Source: the human T2T-CHM13v2.0 reference genome, Homo sapiens
Length of the DNA: 64,000 nt
Assembly (NCBI RefSeq): GCF_009914755.1
Contig: NC_060927.1
Reading direction: 5' to 3' (one strand)
Each line of letters begins with the position of its first letter. The first letter of the stretch is position 1. The translations under genes and the position numbers were made by a program. Shown piece by piece: positions 56,502-64,000 of the stretch. Under the pieces are notes generated by a model that saw only the letters and a program-made list of their open reading frames with translations, had not been told where the DNA came from and did no database searches.

Positions 56502-57042
56502 TGTTACAGGAAAGGGGCCCCCATCCAGACCCCAAGAGAGGGTTCTTGGATCTTGTGCAAGAAAGAATTCAAGGTGAGTCCACAGTGAAAAGTAAAGGCA
56601 AGTTTATTAAGAAAGTAAAGCGGTGAAACTACAGCTACTCCAAAGACAGAGTAGGACATTCCTGAAAGTAAGAGGAGGAGCGTGTCCACCCTAGGTATAA
56701 TTCTTGTATAGATACAGGATAGAAATAGATCTTGTGGAGATGTGTTCTGCTCCAAGGGTTTATGATAAAGGGTTAATTTTCTTAATTACTACATTTTGCA
56801 AGGATCGATGTTAATATCTTTAAAGTAAAATTAGGAATGCCTTTGTTCTCCAGATATCAGGATATTTGGACACTTCCAAGTCTGGGTCTGTTTTAGTAAA
56901 CATTATTAATTTGTTCTCTTATGCATAAACATCTAGAGGCTAGGAATGCCTAATTTTCTGGGAATACAGCCCAGCAAGTCTCAGCCTCATTTTCCTAGCC
57001 CTCTCTCAAAATGGAGTCGCTCTGGTTCGAATGCCTCTGACA
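56502..57042 (-). mobile_element. MER41-type solo LTR
   Basis: tgttacaggaaagggg..ccagaccccaagagagggttcttggatc...ctctggttcgaatgcctctgaca; (c/t)tag TSD. Confidence 0.85.
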
Positions 57043-58579
57043 TTAGCATGGTATATCTTTTTCCATTTCTATGCTTTTAATCTATATGTATGTTTATATG
57101 TAAAGACAACATATAGTTGAACGTGTTTTTTGATCCACTCTGACAATCTCTGTCTCTTATTGGGTGCATTCAGCCCATTGATGTTCAAAGTGATTACTGA
57201 TATATTCAGATTAATATTTACCATATTTGTTACTCTTTTGTATGTGTTGCCCTTATTTTTGTTCTTAGTTTTGTCTTCCACTTTTTTCTTTCTTCTGTGG
57301 TTTTAATTTAGAATTTCATGATTCCATTTTTCTTTCTTAGCATATTAGTTATATTTCCTTTAGTGGTTACCCCAGAGTTTGCAATTTATATTTACGACTA
57401 ATCCAAGTCAACTTTCAAATGGCACTATTCCACTTCATGGGTAGTGTAAGTATCTTCTAATAACAAAATTATCTTTATTTCTTCCTCCTGTCCCTTGTAT
57501 CTTTGCTATCATTCATCTCAATTCTACATAAGCATATATAATACGTATATATATTCAAAATAAAGTGACAAGAATATATTCATTTATATATATAATATGT
57601 ACATATATATGTATATAATCTTGCCATTCTTATTTTGAATGAACTATTTCCTGTGAAATAATTTACAAATAAAAAATAAGCTGTAAAAGCGCTTCTTCTA
57701 ACATTCTTGTAAGCCAGATCTACTGTCAATAAATTTTCTCAATTTTTTATTTACCTAAAAAAGTATTTATTCCTTCTTCACTTTTGAAGGATAATTTCAC
57801 AAAGTACAGTACTCTAGGTTGTGCTTTCTTTCTCTCAACACTTTAAATATTTCCTTGCTTGCATGTTTCCTGTGGAGAAGTCAGATGCAATTCTTAATTT
57901 GCCCCTCTATATAGGTTTCTTAGTTCATTTTCTGTTGCCTATAACAGAATACCTGAAATTGGGTAATTCATAAGAAATGAAATGTTTCTACAGTTTTTGA
58001 GTTATATTTTTAGCACACAACTTTACATAATATATTGTAATTACCTATTCACTTTTTTTTGTTGTTTTCCTTTAACAGACCTTGAACTTCTTGTTGTCAT
58101 GGTTCATATCTTATTTATTTGTATGTCTCTATCTAAAACTTTTACCTGGTATTCATTAAATTTTAAGAACTCAATATATGCACTTTGAAGTAATGGTTTT
58201 CCTGACTTTTAGCCTACAGCCTTTGCTGTGATTTAAATAGTTACTCACTCTGTTCTATTCACAGTGCTAATCATTCCCTTCTATGTGCCTACTGCATATG
58301 TTGTACATACCTCCATTATTACACATAGCATCTTGTACTCTCATCATTTCTTTCATTTTCTGTCTTATTCGATTAAACATGTCCTCTAGATGAAGAATCT
58401 ATATCTTATGTAACTTGCTTTTCCAAATACCTAGCAAAATGCTTGCCACAGGTGGGAAAGTCAGGAATTAGTCACTAAAACAGAATTGAAGTAGATATAC
58501 AAAGGCATTCACAAATCAGCCTGCCAAGTACAAACCAAGTTATGAATATTTTAATTTTACCAGCATTCTTTACTCTTAA

Positions 58580-58900
58580 ATAAAAGAAATTTTAAGGGTA
58601 GCATCATATTTTTAAAACAAAGTTTCCAATGGCAGGGAAATTCTGGATTTCCCTGAAAATCATTTTTTCCCTCCCTGAGGATGCATGGCATTCTATTACT
58701 AGAAATTTTTGTATAAAAAAGGTGTGAACTAAAACCTAATATAACTTTAGGCCAAAGGTGCTGAGCAGTTTAAAAGTGATTCTACAAGGCAATGTCAGAG
58801 CTCCACAAGATTTTTTGTTTTTTTAAAGAGAGAAAGCTCTGGATGCACTTAACTTATGTGTTTTATGAGTTAAACTGACTCTTACCTAGCAAATGCAATT
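58580..58900 (+). pseudogene. Cadherin relic
   Basis: DFPENH-SLPEDA (58671-58685), GAEQFKSDST (58757-58786). Confidence 0.45.
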
Positions 58901-59149
58901 TCTTGGAGACTAAGCAAAAATCAATTTAGGAGTTCTCAAAAAACTGTTCTACATTTTAGATCATCAGAATATACATGTTTTCAAGTTAGAAGGAAAATTT
59001 TCTTCTGATTTAGCAATCTGAAATACACAGCAAGAAGAAATAATGTTAATAATCAGTATCTTACTATTAACTTCACTAAGGTAGTGCCAAAATGACGACG
59101 AAAAAATTTTTAAAGGCAATGGCAAGCCCCTGGTCTGGCCTGTAGAGCT

Positions 59150-59975
59150 TGGATTTCATCATCCCATTCTAAGAAGCAAAAAACTTAACAAACTGAAAAA
59201 CCAACGACTTTTCTTATATCCACCGAGAAAAGTGAGGTCGCAGGGCAAACCATTGCTTCTAAAGTTGGAGACACAGATAGACAAATACAGAGAATGACAA
59301 TTAACCAGAGCAGAAACCCACAAGCAGAGATAACCACAGTAACCAGTGCTGCCAGGGTAGAAACACCTTAGCTGACAAATTGCTAAAGACTTGAATCAAA
59401 AAGGCTGAGAGAGAAAAATTCCAGGGGGACCTAGTTGTTGGGGTCTCCAGGAGCTCAACCAGGTTCTCATAGTAAAGATTAGAGAAAAATCCCTTCATGG
59501 TTCTGGCAAAAGGAGGGGAAAAGTAAGCATTTTGAAATATACGACAGCATTCTGTTCTTAACAAGGCCTGCCTTAGGAGAAACTATTTTACCAGAGCCGA
59601 AACTATTGAGGTTTTATCAGAGCCTAACTGACCTGGGAGAAGGAAAATACTCAGTTCCAGCCTTCTGTAGCCTTCCACATGGGAAAAGGGAAGATACCCA
59701 ACTGCAGCCCTGTCCAGCCATCCTGCCCAATCTAAGGGAGGAAAATACTGAGAAACACTTGTGAAGTTCATAGTTCAGGAGCACAAGCTCACAAAGAGAC
59801 TAAAACTGAAATATAGGCCCCCTTCGGCACCTGTTCACCACCTTACTAAAGGCCTATTATCATAGTTACTGTTACCAAGTACGTTATGTCTGCTTGTCAA
59901 GAAAAAAATTATAAGTCATACTAAAAGGCAAAAAACACAGAACAGACTAAGCATCAGAATCAGAGTTAGATAAGG
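59150..59975 (+). mobile_element. Old L1M 5' region fragment
   Basis: acaaactgaaaaaccaacgacttttctta...caagaaaaaaattataagtcatactaaaaggcaaaaaacacag. Confidence 0.6.
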
Positions 59976-59989
59976 CAGCGGTGAGGGCT

Positions 59990-61200
59990 GGGTATGAGTC
60001 AGAGAAGGCTTCTGATGGGAAAACTTGAGCCAAGTTTGAAAAGATGTGTGGGAAAAGACAAGGAAAAAAAGGATGAGGAGCATGGGATGACTGTTTGAGT
60101 AGAGACTAGCTATGCAAAGACCCAGAGGCCTGAGAAACAGTCTAGCAAATTTGGGGCATGTGACCTGAATGCCAGCAATTAGGGTGGCAAGTTAATATTC
60201 AGTGCTGGATGGGCAGCTGCGGAGTCATATAGGAAGGGGCTTGTATGTCATGCTAAGCTATATACATGGTATGAGGAATCTTTAAAGTGTTTCAAACGGG
60301 AACAGTGGGAACAGCATCATCAAATTTGCCTTCATAAAATATCACTATAAAAACATTGTGGAAGAGAAGGATTAGAAGAAAATAAGATTAGAGGCAAGAA
60401 GATCAACTAGAGTTTCTTATAGGAATTTGTATTGGAAAGGGACATAGCCTGAACTCAGACAGGAACAGTGGGTATAAAGAAGAATCAAGACGTGACATGG
60501 AATGACTTAGAAGGAGACACCCATATTTCTGGCTTATCATGGTGCCATTTCCTACATGGAAATGATGGTGAATTATGGCAAATGAATAGAGATGGGGAGT
60601 AGTCCACTGGGAATGATATATTTAGTTTGGGGCATGTTACAGTTAAGATGAAGATCCAAATAAACATGTCAGTAAAGCAGTTGGGAAATTCAAGTTTGGA
60701 ATTGATCACAAATCTACACCCAAGATAAAATTTGGGACTTTTCAATATATAATTATAGATGAAGAACTAGATGAAGACACTTTGGAAAGAGTGAATAAAA
60801 TTGGACTCAAAGTGGATCCCAATGAATCCTATTATGTAAAGGATAAAATGAGAGGAGTAAGGGAGCAGAAAACTAGAAAGGATGTCAAGAATGAGTGACC
60901 AATGAGGCTGGAACAAAACAGAGAAGGATGGTATTACAGAAACCAAGTGGAGGTTCTAGAATGATAGAATGGTTAATATTAATAAGTGCTTCAGTGAGGC
61001 CAAGAGAAGGCAAAAGGATAAATGATACATAAAGCTAAAATAGCTACTTGGGTTGAAACAAAATGTGTGACCAGTTTTGATGACATAATAGGATTTTGTG
61101 GAAATGAAAGCCGGAATGCGGTGGGCTATGGAGAGAAATGAGGATGGTAGTGTGCATTTTGTCCAAGACACTTATGTTCGAAGGAAAAGTTATAGTAGCC
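59990..61200 (-). mobile_element. L2 fragment
   Basis: Purine-rich antisense L2 (gctatgcaaagacccagaggcctgaga, cttgtatgtcatgctaag, tttagtttggggcatgtt). Confidence 0.6.
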
Positions 61201-61973
61201 GTGGAATAAAGCACCAGCTATTTCTAAAAATACAGTCCATGAAAGCAGATATACCCCTTATTGACTGTTATAAATTTCTTTTACAGTGTCTGACACTGAA
61301 TTCATTTGTTAAATGAATGCATAAACTATATAGGAGAGACATGAGGATGTCTATTTATCAATAGAAAAAAAAAGAGACTCAGTGTAGGTGGTGGACTCCA
61401 AGTAAGAGCAAACTTTAAGAGAGCCTTGGGCTAAGATGTTGTGGCTAGGAGGAGGAGAAGCTCTGGGACTGAGCATAAAACACACACATTGGAATGAAGA
61501 CTCTCCTACTCATACCCGTGGGAATAGGATGGTGAATAATGCCAGAAAATTTCAGTGCACTTCCACCGGGAAGTTGAGGGATGCAGAGACCTATTCGCAT
61601 TCTTGAGATTTTGTGGATACGAATCCAATGTATCCTGACCTAGAATGACCTTCTAAAATGACAAAAATAACTCAGATAATTGTGGGTGTAACAGAGGTAA
61701 AAGAGGCTGAATTATTGAAATGGTAGCCTCAATTTTACCTGACATGCTGAGGAGAACTGGTCTTCATTTACAGTGTTTTGCCAGTCTCAGTGTTAATCAT
61801 GCTGACTGCTCCTTTCAATACCCCTCTGAGGTAAGTTAGCTCCTCCATTAACCCTAATAGAAGAAGTCTGACTCAGCAGGAATACTAAATGAGAAACAGA
61901 GAAAATCCAATTCAGACCTTGCAGCCACCCAACCCAAGTTACTCTCTGAGGGCCTCATCATTCTTTTCTGCAG

Positions 61974-62633
61974 ATAAAGATATACCAAGATTGACTCAGC
62001 ACAGAATGCATGGATAAGCGTTGGACAATTAGAATACAGCTATCATGTGACTCAAAACCCCATATTTCTAGAATGAGCAAGCATACTATTAGAATGAGCA
62101 TTCATATTATTAGAGCTATATTATTTTAAAACAGCTACTAGATTAAGAAAGGCGCCCCTGCCTAGTCCCTCTGCTGCCTTTAAGCATGTATGTGAAGTGT
62201 GAGAGACAGGTGATCACCACAGGTTCAAATAGAATTTTGTATGTGAATGTGGGTATAATATAACATTCTCCAGCTCCAACTTTGAATATGTGTAAGGCAG
62301 TCCCTGAGGAAGTTCTCTTCCTGACTACATATGAGCTATCCTCGTAGGGTAATTGCAAGAGTCTGAAATTCTATACTACCTAGTTTGGAGAACAAGCTGG
62401 TGTAATTTGAATTTTACCATTCATGAAACCACATTTGTATTCCCAGTAGTTTTGGAGAAGTGTGGTTGGATCCCTCCTTTGTGTAAAATCTCAGATCTCT
62501 CCTCCGACAGCTCAGGTTGAGCTCATGATACCTGTCTCCATGAGTTAAGATATAATGACAAGGTAATCTGATGATTTACTTTCCCTCTGTATGCCTTTGG
62601 GGTTTCTTTTCTTTTCTACCAGCAAATAATCAG
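61974..62633 (+). pseudogene. Best-preserved cadherin relic exon (660 bp, ~2 EC repeats)
   Basis: ttcttttctgcag acceptor and cag|gtaagt donor; DSAQNAWIS, IILKQLLD*ER, VRDR*SP, LYVNVGII*HSP...AVPEE. Confidence 0.75.
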
Positions 62634-62899
62634 GTAAGTGAAGTGATTTATGCTAGTGCAGATTTGAACTATGGGTTTGTTTAAAATTTGATATTTTGTT
62701 AATCATAATTTTTTGCATTAACTTAGATTTCATTTTTTAAAATTGGTGCAAAAAATTGTGATTAACAAAATATCATTTAGATTTTTAAAATCAAAACTTA
62801 CGTAAAAATGTTGCATTATTATATTATTTACCTCAATAGCTAATTCTGTGTGTGTGTGTGTTAGGAGCATATCTTCTCTTAAGTGTTTTGCCTGAGTGA

Positions 62900-63350
62900 A
62901 GTGCCTACTCACGTTACCATATTCTCCGTGCTGGAAACAAGTATGTATTTATTAAAGCTTTGTTTTCCCTTTTAAAATAGTTTCCTTGGCTAGTTATATG
63001 AACTTAGATTCATTACATAACCAGTCCTTCTTGGGATAAAAACCAGATGGTGAATTGTTGTGCTCTGAGATAGATTTTGCTTTTGGAAATTTTCAGATAA
63101 TAAAGATTGCCACTTCATGTAGGTTTTGAAGAAGCCCTGAGGGTAATTGCAAAGGAATGACTAAAAAAGATATTGGACACAGGGATATCATTAAATAATA
63201 GATCTTTTTAAAAGTTGGTGCTCTGAAGATCCATTTCGGTAGTTAAGGTGAAGGTATGTTTGCTCCAAAGGCCACATTATTTTCTTTGTGTGCCACATAT
63301 TTTTGATGAAGTAAATTTGAACTTACATAGTTCACATCATCCTGATGAAA
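62900..63350 (+). pseudogene. Weak cadherin relic
   Basis: KPDGELL..IDF, LRVIAKE. Confidence 0.3.
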
Positions 63351-63614
63351 AAACATATTAATTCCTTAAATAAATGCATGTGCTTATTTTGTTGACACAA
63401 ACTAGAAATATGTATTTCTGAGAGGATAATATCTGGAATATGTATTTTCTCATTTACTGCACTGTTACTGAAAAAATCCTGCAAAGATTTTGTCTTAGGT
63501 CATTGTATTGTGGCCACATGCCTTCATATTCTTGATATGTCTGTATCTGCACACACCTATTTCTAATTTTTTGTTGTAACAGCTTTTGCCTGAAAGCGGT
63601 TTAGAATTTCTGTG

Positions 63615-64000
63615 ATAGGAGAAGGGAAAGAGCAAGATAGAGAAATAGGACTTTCCCACTCTTGTTTCCCCACAGAAACATTAATTTGAAAAACCATTCA
63701 TGTGTGAAAATACCTTCACAAGAGCTAAGGGAACCAGGTAAGAGATCACAACACCGGGATGTAGCACAGAAAAAAAAAAGATGTATTGAAGAGGTCAAAA
63801 AGAACAGTTTTACATTAACTGCATTACCCTTGACCCAAATGCAGGCAGCACAGTGTGGAGAAGGATGCTCTCTGCATGTGGGAAGGACAGGGAAGTAAGG
63901 ACCAGATTCTGCCTTGGACCCCAGCATAGGCCACTGTAGTAAAACCCAGCACGGGGCAGGCTTCTGTGGACCCAGGCGCCAGACTGAAACTTGCAGACTG
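63615..64000 (+). mobile_element. Old L1M 5' UTR (continues beyond the window)
   Basis: ataggactttcccactcttgtttccccacagaaacattaatttg...ccttcacaagagctaagggaaccaggtaagagatcac. Confidence 0.55.

Overview
AT-rich hominoid (human-like) genomic DNA. An SVA, AluS elements and primate/eutherian L1 and LTR repeats are present. There is no intact protein-coding gene, RNA gene or CRISPR array. A large part of the window is interspersed repeats. The main hidden signal is in the non-repeat stretches from ~1.2 kb to ~63.3 kb. Translated by eye on the + strand across frameshifts and stops, they give colinear, degenerate extracellular cadherin (EC) repeat motifs: xE..P.G, A.D.D.G.NG.I.Y, F.I...TG.I, LD(R/Y/F)E, A.D.G.P.LS and V.V.D.ND..P.F. 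I interpret this as the fossil of a very large Fat/Dachsous/CDHR-type cadherin gene, broken up by later transposon insertions. Also visible are a short L1PA and a full-length SVA that both carry 3' transductions inside their TSDs, a locally templated part-inverted insertion, a 160-bp near-identical duplication, and nested LTRs. Repeat subfamily names are recalled from memory of consensus sequences. Relic boundaries are approximate.
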